From positions 1 to 45,246 of IMG/VR virus record IMGVR_UViG_3300015050_000992: DNA of 45,246 nt, one strand, 5' to 3'. Origin of the DNA: a virus. Its lineage: Duplodnaviria; Caudoviricetes. A program made the position numbers and the translations under genes. The notes beneath the pieces are model-generated. The model was not told the origin of the DNA. It saw nothing but the letters and a program-made list of their open reading frames with translations, and ran no database searches. Shown one piece after another: positions 9,155-17,073 of this stretch (the first letter of the stretch is position 1; the number at the start of each line of letters is the position of its first letter).

Positions 9155-9525
9155 CCCGGCACATAGCGGAACTGCTCGTCGGGCTGGTGATCATCCTAGC
9201 GGTCGCCTTCCTGTTCTCGGCGCCACCAGTGCGAGCTGCAGAGTGCGGCGGTGCTAGTTGGTATGGCCCAGGCTTTCACGGCAAGCGCACAGCGTCGGGG
9301 GAGCGGTTCAACGAGAACGCTATGACAGCGGCTCACAAGAAACTGCCGATGGGCACTGTCGTGAAGGTCACGAACCAGCGGACCGGCAAATCCATCAAAG
9401 TCACCATCAACGACCGCGGCCCATTCGTGCGAGGTCGCATCATCGATCTCAGCAAGGCGGCTGCCATCAAACTCGGCACCAAACGGGCCGGCGTAGGGCG
9501 GGTCTGCGTCACTCGGCTGCGCTAG
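9151..9525 (+). CDS. RlpA-family (DPBB) lytic transglycosylase with signal peptide
   Basis: ASWYG..FHG..TASGE.F, TAAH..LP.GT.V.VTN and INDRGPF..GRIIDLS motifs. Confidence 0.9.
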   Translation: MTRHIAELLVGLVIILAVAFLFSAPPVRAAECGGASWYGPGFHGKRTASGERFNENAMTAAHKKLPMGTVVKVTNQRTGKSIKVTINDRGPFVRGRIIDLSKAAAIKLGTKRAGVGRVCVTRLR

Positions 9526-9740
9526 GCATACCATTTGTCGATCTTGCTGAACCGATCTACGATGTCGTCGTAGCCGAGATCGCGCAAGAACTCGCAGATG
9601 ATATCGTCCGCTTGCGAATGGTCGTTCTCGATGTCAGACCGTTGGGCGACAGTCTGCCGGAGGATGATCGCCTCCAGCTTGTCGATCGCTTCTTGCTCTA
9701 GCCGCGATTTTCCCATCGATTTCGTCTCCTGCCTATCCAA
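9522..9740 (-). CDS. Hypothetical phage protein
   Basis: Ends in H..AD.I.C.FL..LGY...KWYA, a small phage protein pattern. Confidence 0.6.
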   Translation of the reverse strand: MDRQETKSMGKSRLEQEAIDKLEAIILRQTVAQRSDIENDHSQADDIICEFLRDLGYDDIVDRFSKIDKWYA

Positions 9741-9781
9741 GCATTATCAGGGAAGAGGATGCTGAGCCTACGGAGTAGGGA

Positions 9782-10207
9782 TCACGGTTCAAGCGTAAGC
9801 TTCGCGAGTGCGCGCCGATACTTCGCTACCCGCTCCGGATTTGGAGCGATCAGCCCTAGCCGCAGCGGCTCTAGGTTATCCTTGAGATCGGCCATCTTCA
9901 CGTTCAGGGCAATGCGGCTGTCGCAGACCCTGTCGATGAAGGCGTCATAGGTTTCGCCCTTGTGTCGAGTGAGGGCGGCGATGGCGTTCAGCACCGGCAC
10001 TGAGAAACCTTCCACGGCCAACCGATCTAGCGTCCACTCGGGGCAGTCCTCCAACACGTCATGCAGAACGGCGGCGATCCGCTCGTCATAGGCTTCGACG
10101 GCCAGCATCACCCGCAACGGGTGCAGGATGTACGGCACGCCAGCCTTGTCCGTCTGGCCCGCATGCGCCTCAGCAGCAATCTCGATTGCGCGTTCTAGTG
10201 TGCTCAT
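9782..10207 (-). CDS. HD-domain hydrolase (Mesh1/SpoT hydrolase-like)
   Basis: AH.GQ.DK.G.PY..HP, AAVLHDVLED and VKMADL.DN motifs. Confidence 0.85.
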   Translation of the reverse strand: MSTLERAIEIAAEAHAGQTDKAGVPYILHPLRVMLAVEAYDERIAAVLHDVLEDCPEWTLDRLAVEGFSVPVLNAIAALTRHKGETYDAFIDRVCDSRIALNVKMADLKDNLEPLRLGLIAPNPERVAKYRRALAKLTLEP

Positions 10208-10437
10208 TCCCCACCTTTCCCATCACTATCCGGATAGAGTAGCCCTGCGTCGAGCGCCAAGGCGTTGCAGCTAGGGCAGGGCGCGCCAGCACCACAGTTG
10301 CAGGCACCTTCCATCGGGCCCGTCATCATGTCGGCCCAAGGCTTGTCCAAATGGTTCTCGCAGACCCAGCCGCAGCCGCCACAGCGTTTGCAGTTCGGGT
10401 CGCTGGTTTCGCGCTCAGCGAGCGTCAGCAGTTCCAC
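10204..10437 (-). CDS. Cys-rich Zn-finger hypothetical protein
   Basis: CKRCGGCGWVCENH...CNCG...CPSC; GTG start with AGGAGG SD. Confidence 0.6.
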   Translation of the reverse strand: MELLTLAERETSDPNCKRCGGCGWVCENHLDKPWADMMTGPMEGACNCGAGAPCPSCNALALDAGLLYPDSDGKGGE

Positions 10438-10480
10438 TCTATCCCTCCTGCTATCTCGCGGTCGTGGAGTTGCTGGAGGG

Positions 10481-10702
10481 TCACTGCTGCACCGTGTTGC
10501 CGAAGTCTGGCTCACCAATGATCATAGGGTGAACCACGACGCACGGAAACGGCTGCTTGTCTGACCACGCCGTGGCAGTCTCAATGTCCGGGAAGATGCC
10601 GTACTGATCGCCGGCGGGATCAATTGCAATCACCAAGGCGACTGCGCGGCCATGGAGGTCGGCAGGCTTGTAGTATAGCGCAGCTAGGTCCGTCATCTTC
10701 AT
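10481..10702 (-). CDS. Hypothetical protein
   Basis: GAGG SD; tightly packed in the operon. Confidence 0.5.
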   Translation of the reverse strand: MKMTDLAALYYKPADLHGRAVALVIAIDPAGDQYGIFPDIETATAWSDKQPFPCVVVHPMIIGEPDFGNTVQQ

Positions 10703-10705
10703 ACC

Positions 10706-11257
10706 TCACTGTCTTGGAGGGATTGGGGCGGGCAGAGCGAACTGCCACCAAGGCGCTCGTATGCGCGGCGTCCCGCGGCTCTTGAGGAAGGCAGGGAGCC
10801 GTTCGGCAAGCTCCTGCGCGAGGGCGTCCTCTTGGCGCTTCATCCACGCGTATTCATCGTGAGTGTAGCAGCCGGCAGGGATCGACGTAGCCCAATCGTC
10901 ATAGAGACGGCGGATACCATCGTCGCCGTCCTGCAGTTGGCGGCTATACTGCTTCCCGTTCCGCCGACGTCGGTAGCCGCTCCGTACATACTCGTGGCTT
11001 TCCAGCACAGAGCCACTATCAACTACAGCATCAATGCCGACGCAGGCCCACGACCCGAACGTCACGCCATTCCCGATCTTCGCGAAATGGCCGATACGCG
11101 ACCAATTGCCGGGCTTGCTGCCGAACCCGATGCGTGCACCCGTCCCGATCTTGGTCCAGAAGCCGAAACCGGAGTGATTGGTCACATGCTCGCCGACATG
11201 GGCAAACGCGCCCTCCGGGGTGCTTTCGTCAGCGCAGTTGTTGAACGTGATGGTCAT
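10706..11257 (-). CDS. Hexapeptide-repeat (left-handed beta-helix-like) protein
   Basis: Periodic xxIGxx repeats: KIGTGARIGFGSKPGNWSRIGHFAKIGNGVTFG. Confidence 0.6.
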   Translation of the reverse strand: MTITFNNCADESTPEGAFAHVGEHVTNHSGFGFWTKIGTGARIGFGSKPGNWSRIGHFAKIGNGVTFGSWACVGIDAVVDSGSVLESHEYVRSGYRRRRNGKQYSRQLQDGDDGIRRLYDDWATSIPAGCYTHDEYAWMKRQEDALAQELAERLPAFLKSRGTPRIRAPWWQFALPAPIPPRQ

Positions 11258-11339
11258 CGATTTTGCTCGCTTTCAAGCCTGAGGAATGGTATCACAAGAA
11301 CGCGCAAAACACCAACGTTTCCGGGCCTCTCCGCCGAAA

Positions 11340-11561
11340 ATGAAGGCCGAAGTTCTCCTCTCCGAAGCCCCGTCCCGCATCGTCATATCCTGCAAAACCT
11401 GCGGCAGACACGGACAATACGATAGAGCCAGAGCCATTCAAAAGCATGGCGATATAGGCCTCCCTACTTTCCTCAATACGGTCGTTGGAGAGGTCTGCGA
11501 TAGGAAGAGGGACATTAAGATGTTTGGCGGGTGCGGTGCGGTGTTCGTGCATCTGAGCTAG
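11340..11561 (+). CDS. Small Zn-ribbon hypothetical protein
   Basis: CKTCGRHGQY...HGD..LP..L...C...C pattern; lone + strand gene in this block. Confidence 0.6.
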   Translation: MKAEVLLSEAPSRIVISCKTCGRHGQYDRARAIQKHGDIGLPTFLNTVVGEVCDRKRDIKMFGGCGAVFVHLS

Positions 11562-11827
11562 GGGCGCTGCCGTATCGCGTCGGCGCAGCACTGCTCGCAG
11601 TCCTCGTACATGTAGCGGCCGTGGGGGCACTTGTCGTGCTTGCTCCGAACATTCGGATCATCCGCATAGCTCTCGCCAACGATGCGCTCAAAACCTTCTT
11701 CGATGAGTGCGGCGCAAGCCTCGCGTTCAGCAAGCACCGCTTCCACCACGGCCTCCCTCCCCACCAGGCCCACCCGCTCAATTAGCGTCTCGAGATAGGC
11801 CGGGTCCGTCACATCCGGGGCGCTCAT
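11558..11827 (-). CDS. Hypothetical protein
   Basis: AEREACA and C...AIR motifs; GGAG SD. Confidence 0.6.
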   Translation of the reverse strand: MSAPDVTDPAYLETLIERVGLVGREAVVEAVLAEREACAALIEEGFERIVGESYADDPNVRSKHDKCPHGRYMYEDCEQCCADAIRQRP

Positions 11828-11857
11828 TTTCTCTCCTTCATAAACAGTAGATGGGGA

Positions 11858-12322
11858 TCAGGCGGCGGACAGGGTCGCGACCACTTCTGCCGGGTCAACG
11901 GCGAACCATTCGCCCGCCACGCGATGGCCAGAGAACGTAGCGTGCAGCGCCCGCTCTGTAGCGACGGCTCCCGCCCTGTTGCTGAACTCCCGAGAATGAA
12001 CCAGGGCGACCAGAGGGGCAGCTGTTCGCAGTTGCCGCATCCGGTGCTCCGGGTTACTGGCAACCCCAATCTTCACCCGTTGGCCATCGCTGGCGACGTA
12101 GACGTGGACCGGCCTGTTGGCCCGTTCTGTCCTGCCGTGGCGCGCCATTGCCGGATCAGCCGAGCGGGCGTCGTCGTATGCCGTCAGGAAGCCGTTCGCC
12201 TTCACGTCATCGGGTAGCGGAACGCGATACGATCCATGGCGGAAATAGACCCGCACTCGACCATGCCGATCGGTGTATTGTTGCAGGTAAGGTAGGCGGA
12301 AAAGGTTAGACATCGTGGCCAA
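11858..12322 (-). CDS. GIY-YIG/T5orf172-type protein with an integrase-like N-terminus
   Basis: C-terminal VYV..VKIG.A.NP..R..QL, E..LH..F...GEWF; N-terminal LPYL..YTDRHGR.RVYFR. Confidence 0.7.
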   Translation of the reverse strand: MATMSNLFRLPYLQQYTDRHGRVRVYFRHGSYRVPLPDDVKANGFLTAYDDARSADPAMARHGRTERANRPVHVYVASDGQRVKIGVASNPEHRMRQLRTAAPLVALVHSREFSNRAGAVATERALHATFSGHRVAGEWFAVDPAEVVATLSAA

Positions 12323-12509
12323 TTTCCCCTGATGCTATGGGAGTAGGGTAGACAGTTCGGCGGGAGCTAAGCTCTTGAACCACAACACTGACTTTCGCAG
12401 TCAGAGTCCGTAGTTCTACCGTTGAACTATTCCCCAAAAGCCTTGATTTTGCAAGCCTTTTAGCTGGCGAGGCGCTGCGGTTAGACACCCTTTTTGCTCG
12501 GGTTAGACA
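12304..12509. other. attP region with four GG(T/G)TAGACA arm-type repeats
   Basis: Repeats at 12304, 12346, 12479 and 12501 flank a tRNA-derived core next to the int 3' end. Confidence 0.8.
12399..12436 (-). other. attP core: 5' half of tRNA-Gln(CTG)
   Basis: Reverse complement TGGGGAATAGTTCAACGGTAGAACTACGGACTCTGACT gives the acceptor 5' strand, D-arm (GTTC/GAAC) and anticodon loop CTCTGAC; the tRNA pattern then stops. Confidence 0.8.
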
Positions 12510-13557
12510 AACCACGTTCACGCTTCGGGCGGGCTTGTAGCATATCTGCCATCTGGATCAACTCCCCTCGTACGTCTGCGGACGCAGAATAATGCTCCGC
12601 CATTTCGTCGGTGTCGTGCCCGAGCACCATCTTGCGCTGCTCGGCCGAATAGCCCGCTGCCCGCAGCTCGGCGCCCACCGAATGACGCAGGCCATGGATT
12701 GAGCCCTTCGGCCCCATGATCCCGCGCTTACGGCACTCAGCCAGATACTTGGCGATCTGCACACTCAGGCCGTTCTCAGTCCACGGCTGGCCACGGGTGT
12801 TGAGGCAGAGCAGGGTGCTGTCGCCCGTTGGGGCGTTGGCCATGGCCGCATCCATTTCCACCTTCAGATCCCCGCGCACCGGCAGCGTGATCAGCGCGTC
12901 GTTCTTCCCCGCCCGGAACGTCAGCCAGCCATCGACATAGGCCGACCGCGGCATCTTGACGATATCGCCCCGGCGGATGCCCCAGGTACGCGCCAACAGC
13001 AGCGGCAGGCGAAGCTGTGGCCATGCGGCGGCGGGAACATTGGCCCGCTCGTCAGGTGTCCATGCGCGGTTCGGCCGCTTCCGGTCCGATGTCATCTTGG
13101 CCTTTGCGATTTCGCGGCACGGGTTGGCGTCGACCAGTTCGTACTCGAGCCCGTGCTTGAAGGCTGACGAGAGCATTGCCAGCATGTGGTTAGCGAACCC
13201 CGCGCGCTTCTTCTTCACGGTCTTGTCGCGCAGCTTGGCGATGAAGCCTGATCCGATCTCAACTAACGGCGTGCCTTCGATCGGCTCCAGATAGTCCATG
13301 ATCTTGCGGTAGTCGGCCTTGGTGCGCTCAGCTAGGTCGGTGAACGACGGTGACGCTTTCCAGCTCACCAGCAGCGAACCGAGTGTGCCGGCCTTCGCCG
13401 CGGCCTTCCCATGAAGCTTGTCGAGACGCGCCACTTCGGCAGCGATTTCCTGCCCGGAAAGGCTTGTGTCTATTGGTGTTCCAGACGCCCGGTGGTATAG
13501 TCGTTCCTTGCCGTGGCGGTCTTTGTACCTCTTAACGCCCGACACCTTGACCCTCAT
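12481..13557 (-). CDS. int: Tyrosine integrase
   Basis: Catalytic R (GIRRGD), K, HGLRH, LGH and Y (AEHY). Confidence 0.95.
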   Translation of the reverse strand: MRVKVSGVKRYKDRHGKERLYHRASGTPIDTSLSGQEIAAEVARLDKLHGKAAAKAGTLGSLLVSWKASPSFTDLAERTKADYRKIMDYLEPIEGTPLVEIGSGFIAKLRDKTVKKKRAGFANHMLAMLSSAFKHGLEYELVDANPCREIAKAKMTSDRKRPNRAWTPDERANVPAAAWPQLRLPLLLARTWGIRRGDIVKMPRSAYVDGWLTFRAGKNDALITLPVRGDLKVEMDAAMANAPTGDSTLLCLNTRGQPWTENGLSVQIAKYLAECRKRGIMGPKGSIHGLRHSVGAELRAAGYSAEQRKMVLGHDTDEMAEHYSASADVRGELIQMADMLQARPKRERGLSNPSKKGV

Positions 13558-13774
13558 CTAGTTTCTCCAGCCAATCGTCGCCCGTAAGTGGCTCAGATCG
13601 GTTCTGGCGAGTGATCCAGCGGTCAAGGTCTTGCCGGTCGTAGCGCACGGAATGCCCGATCTTCACAGGCGCAATCCTCACCATAGCGCGAAAGGTGTTG
13701 ACGGAAACTCCGCAATAGTCCGCAGCCTCGTTCCCCGTCAAAAGCCGCTTCTCTGGCAAGGGCAGAGCGCTCAT
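13532..13774 (-). CDS. xis: Excisionase/RDF (MerR/AlpA-like HTH)
   Basis: LLT..EAADYCGVS..TF...YDR.DLDRWI; overlaps the int start. Confidence 0.85.
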   Translation of the reverse strand: MSALPLPEKRLLTGNEAADYCGVSVNTFRAMVRIAPVKIGHSVRYDRQDLDRWITRQNRSEPLTGDDWLEKLDEGQGVGR

Positions 13775-13855
13775 TTCACAGCCACCCCATAAAGTACGCC
13801 AGTACCAGAAGAGCAACACAGGCTAGGCCGATGAGGGCGAAGTTCTCTGCGCGCT

Positions 13856-14689
13856 TCATTCCCCATCCCCCTGTATATCGGGTGAGAGAGCGGCGGTGAT
13901 CCGAGCCTCGTAATCGGCTTGGGCTGCGGCCTTGGCGTCGTCAAGCGTGAGGTAGGCAACGTTCCGGCCTTCCAACACGTAGTTGATGCCGCCCTCGTCC
14001 CGGTCATGGTGGACGCGGTAGGAGAACTGCTCAAACGACCCAAGCCCGCGCCACCAGCGATTGCCAACCGAGTCGCGCTGCTTACCCTCGATCCACTCCA
14101 GCGGCTTTACACTCACTGGGGGAGAGGGGGCGAGCGCCGGAACGAAGTCCACGTCCTCCCATTCGCAACCGCTGGCGGGCGTCAGATTGGCCGGGCCGAT
14201 GCGCCACTCAGACCAATCCTGGGCGCCAATCGGACGGAACCTATGCAGCCTCACCTTCGGGCTTGATGCTGGGGGCGTTGGAGCGGCGGCGAGCGCTAGC
14301 CCGTCAGGATTGCAGTACGGGCACTTGGCGGCGTTGTGGTGGTTGGTCGGGTCGAAGCCGAGAGCATCGCAGATCAGGCGCCCGCCGATGTGGTTTGGCG
14401 CAGGCGCGGCAGCGACCATGGCGCGGTACACCGCAGGGCACCAGGGGTGTGGATTGGAGGCGTTCTTTTTGAGCCCGGCCTCGATCATCGCCTTTGTCGG
14501 CTCGCTCGGCACAAGCATCCAGCCCTCGGGCACGCCCACCGGCTCCACCGCTTCCGCTACAGCTAGGTAGGCGGTGATGGCGACGTCAGCAGCACCACCC
14601 ACTCCAACGGACCCGCTCATGAGCGCTTCACGTGTTGCTCGGCGCGCCGCCTCCAACGCCTTCTGGTCCAGCGCATTCATATCAGTCAT
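13856..14689 (-). CDS. Mosaic early hypothetical protein (Ead/Ea22-like segments)
   Basis: PEGW.LVP.EPT.AM and VKPLEW...AKAAAQADYE.RI motifs. Confidence 0.7.
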   Translation of the reverse strand: MTDMNALDQKALEAARRATREALMSGSVGVGGAADVAITAYLAVAEAVEPVGVPEGWMLVPSEPTKAMIEAGLKKNASNPHPWCPAVYRAMVAAAPAPNHIGGRLICDALGFDPTNHHNAAKCPYCNPDGLALAAAPTPPASSPKVRLHRFRPIGAQDWSEWRIGPANLTPASGCEWEDVDFVPALAPSPPVSVKPLEWIEGKQRDSVGNRWWRGLGSFEQFSYRVHHDRDEGGINYVLEGRNVAYLTLDDAKAAAQADYEARITAALSPDIQGDGE

Positions 14690-14700
14690 GGGAGGGCTCC
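14649..14700. repeat. Gene-junction direct repeat A (second copy 15267-15321)
   Basis: 32-bp identity (14649-14680 = 15267-15298) plus 16-bp identity (14685-14700 = 15306-15321). Confidence 0.9.
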
Positions 14701-14894
14701 AAAGCAGCGCGGCCAGCGTCGGTGATGATCAGGCGCTCCGATAACGGGTCAGCATCGCGCCACGCCGCAAGCCCTCGACGGGATAAAACCTTCGCCGGGG
14801 CGTAGTGAGAAACAACGCCGGTCATCCCGCGTGGGTCGTCCGCACAGAGTTGCAGGAGGTCGCGCTGCGCCTTCGTCAGCTTCTCCTCACCCAT
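14682..14894 (-). CDS. Small winged-helix-like hypothetical protein
   Basis: KLTKAQ..LL and ITDAGRAAL motifs. Confidence 0.6.
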   Translation of the reverse strand: MGEEKLTKAQRDLLQLCADDPRGMTGVVSHYAPAKVLSRRGLAAWRDADPLSERLIITDAGRAALEPSHD

Positions 14895-15081
14895 TCTGAT
14901 CACCAAGGTGCGCGCGAGGAACCCAAATCGTGTAGAGGCCACAGCCGGAGCACTTCACCTGCTTGTGGGTTCGCGACTTCGTCTTTGCCCAGTCGTGCCA
15001 CTGCATGTAGCCAGCCGGAGCCGGAGTATGCTGTTGACGCCGGTCGCAGATTTCTTCGTTCGTCATCCGCTTACTGGTCAT
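14887..15081 (-). CDS. Small Zn-binding hypothetical protein
   Basis: HTP.P.GY..W..WA...H.Q..C..CGL..IW pattern. Confidence 0.6.
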   Translation of the reverse strand: MTSKRMTNEEICDRRQQHTPAPAGYMQWHDWAKTKSRTHKQVKCSGCGLYTIWVPRAHLGDQNG

Positions 15082-15310
15082 GAAGATCACCGAAGGCGGA
15101 GAGAGCGGCGTCGAGCTTGAGTATCGCGATACCGGCCGCTGTACTGGCGAGGCGCTGCGCGACAACGACACCCGCGACCTTGAGCACCACGTACTGCTCA
15201 TCTTCGACGGTGTAGATCGTAATCGGCAGCGCCTCTCTTACCCGTGCCAGGGGCCACTTGACCGCAGCCTCCAACGCCTTCTGGTCCAGCGCATTCATGT
15301 TAGAGGTCAT
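15071..15310 (-). CDS. Hypothetical protein
   Basis: Starts with the repeat A peptide MNALDQKALEAA and ends with the repeat B peptide GDLHDQ. Confidence 0.55.
   Translation of the reverse strand: MTSNMNALDQKALEAAVKWPLARVREALPITIYTVEDEQYVVLKVAGVVVAQRLASTAAGIAILKLDAALSAFGDLHDQ
15073..15091. repeat. Gene-junction direct repeat B (second copy 16452-16470)
   Basis: ACTGGTCATGAAGATCACC is identical in both copies, with an imperfect extension to GGCGGAG. Confidence 0.85.
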
Positions 15311-15842
15311 GGGAGGGCTCCGGGGTGGAGCGGCTGGCACGAACGAACCAGATGCAGATCGCAGCGGCCAAGGTCATCCAGAGCTTGCCGACGATCTGGC
15401 CTTCGATGAGGGCTATCGAGCCGAACGCCAGCCACAGGAACACCGCGCTGTCGATGATCGATCCCGCGATGCCGCTGAGCAGCACAGCCCACACCAGCCG
15501 GCGCTCACGCAACGGCGTGTAGACGATCATGTCCGCGCCCTCGGCCAGAAGGAACGCCGTGGCGGAGGCGAGCACCAATGCGGGCGGTGCGAGGAACGCT
15601 GAGAGGATGGCGCCGGTGATGATGGCAGCGCCGGCCCACCACACGCCCAGCCGCTCGTGCACGATGTCCCGCAGGACCAGTGCCGCGCCGACCATCAGAA
15701 CGCCGCTCGGTGCCATCAGGCCGAAGCCTACGGGGATCAGGCAAGGGCCGCTGGGGATGCACTCGGCCCCGACGTTGCCGATGAGCCAGTTGGCGGCGGG
15801 GATGGTCAGGGCGAAAAGCGCGAAGGCGAGATAGCCGATCAT
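15300..15842 (-). CDS. VUT/YhhQ-family queuosine-precursor transporter
   Basis: Multi-TM; AANW, IPVGFGL.AP.G, LVLRD, AS..AF...E..D..VY, S...GS.IDS..FL..AFG and GQ.VGK motifs. Confidence 0.85.
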   Translation of the reverse strand: MIGYLAFALFALTIPAANWLIGNVGAECIPSGPCLIPVGFGLMAPSGVLMVGAALVLRDIVHERLGVWWAGAAIITGAILSAFLAPPALVLASATAFLLAEGADMIVYTPLRERRLVWAVLLSGIAGSIIDSAVFLWLAFGSIALIEGQIVGKLWMTLAAAICIWFVRASRSTPEPSHDL

Positions 15843-16435
15843 TGGAATAGTTCCTCGTGTTCGTTGCGCCCGGCGATTGCCTCGCGCATGTGGGTGTGTC
15901 TGCCGATGCCGTTGCCGTCGCAGCTGTCGACGCCTAATTGCTCGAAATGCTTGAAGCGGGCGGGGGTGTTGACGCGGCCGACATGCACCCATTTGTCGAG
16001 GGCGTGGGCGGCGCGGATGATGTGCTCGGCGTGCGGGCCGCATTTCCATTCGGTGCTGCCACCGATGAACACGGCGTCGATGTCATCCCAAGGAAGTGGC
16101 AAGTCCTCCTGCCCATCTTGGCAGACCAGAGCGAGCTTCCAGCCTGCCAGTTTGGGCTTCCACCGCTCGAACACCTCGAGCGTGCGCCGGGCCGAGCCAA
16201 CGATGTCGGGGACAGCGACGAACAGGCATTGTTCGCGGCGATGCTCCTCGCGGTGCAGCAGAGCCCGCAGGGCAGGAATGTCGAGAGTCTTGTATCCGCC
16301 GTTGTCGATGGCCCAAGGGCGGGACGGATCGCGCAGGGTGTAGCGGGTAAGCGCCGTCAACAGTTGGCCTACGTCGCAACCGAGTTCAGCGGCGCACTGA
16401 TCCAAGTCTTGGCCATTGTCGAGCAGGACGATCAT
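15839..16435 (-). CDS. TGT-fold, DpdA-like candidate DNA base-exchange transglycosylase
   Basis: WAIDNGGY, AVPDIVG, FIGG, VHVGRVN and GVDSCDG parallel the TGT/DpdA motif order; ATGA-coupled to the VUT gene. Confidence 0.6.
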   Translation of the reverse strand: MIVLLDNGQDLDQCAAELGCDVGQLLTALTRYTLRDPSRPWAIDNGGYKTLDIPALRALLHREEHRREQCLFVAVPDIVGSARRTLEVFERWKPKLAGWKLALVCQDGQEDLPLPWDDIDAVFIGGSTEWKCGPHAEHIIRAAHALDKWVHVGRVNTPARFKHFEQLGVDSCDGNGIGRHTHMREAIAGRNEHEELFQ

Positions 16436-16449
16436 GGCCTCAGCGCTTC

Positions 16450-17073
16450 TCACTGGTCATGAAGATCACCAAGGGCGGAGCGGGCGCGGATGGCGCGGAC
16501 GATGTCGGGGATGACGTTGTCGTTCATGTCTTTGACGTAGTTGGAGAACGCCGTTTCCAACTCGGCCACGCGCTCGGCAGCGGCCTTGAGATGCGTTTCG
16601 CCGTCGAACATCTGGCCTTCGATTTTGCCAGCGGCACGGTGAAGTGGACCAGCAGGGATCACATAGGCAGTGATGCGCTCTGGGTCGTTCGGATCGTACT
16701 GGCAAGGCGTGGCTTTCGCGGTGATCTCAGCAAAGCAATCGCGATGCGCCTTCAGCGCCTCCCCTTGCCGTGCAAGTTGGGCTTCGGCGGCTTCGGCCCG
16801 CTCACGCAAGCTGGTGACGGTCGCGGCGGTTTCCTTCATCAGCACAAGGTCTTCCTGCGCTGTCCGCAATAACGTGGTCGCGTGGTTCCTCGCCTCATCC
16901 CTCTCAGCGGTTAGCGCGTCGAGTTGGGAGCGGGCAGCGACAAGCTCGGAAGCCATCGCGCGGAACTCATCCCAAGTCGGGCTTCGAACAGTCGCATCGC
17001 CGCCGAGCCATGCCGCGATCTCGGTCAGGCGCTCGGCGGGCACACCCAGCGTCTCGTTCGCTTCGTTCGTCAT
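16450..17073 (-). CDS. Coiled-coil hypothetical protein
   Basis: ERDEAR and ERAEAAEAQL heptads. Confidence 0.65.
   Translation of the reverse strand: MTNEANETLGVPAERLTEIAAWLGGDATVRSPTWDEFRAMASELVAARSQLDALTAERDEARNHATTLLRTAQEDLVLMKETAATVTSLRERAEAAEAQLARQGEALKAHRDCFAEITAKATPCQYDPNDPERITAYVIPAGPLHRAAGKIEGQMFDGETHLKAAAERVAELETAFSNYVKDMNDNVIPDIVRAIRARSALGDLHDQ

Noticed and set aside
11298-11312. Second LexA box upstream of the Zn-ribbon gene
   Set aside because: GAAC is not followed by GAAC at N7 spacing.
12399-12436. Functional tRNA-Gln gene
   Set aside because: Only the 5' half is present, with no T-arm or 3' acceptor strand; interpreted as the attP core.
14649-16470. CRISPR array or DGR template/variable repeat
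   Set aside because: Only two copies of each repeat, no regular spacing, no adenine-specific mismatches, and no cas or reverse transcriptase gene in the genome.
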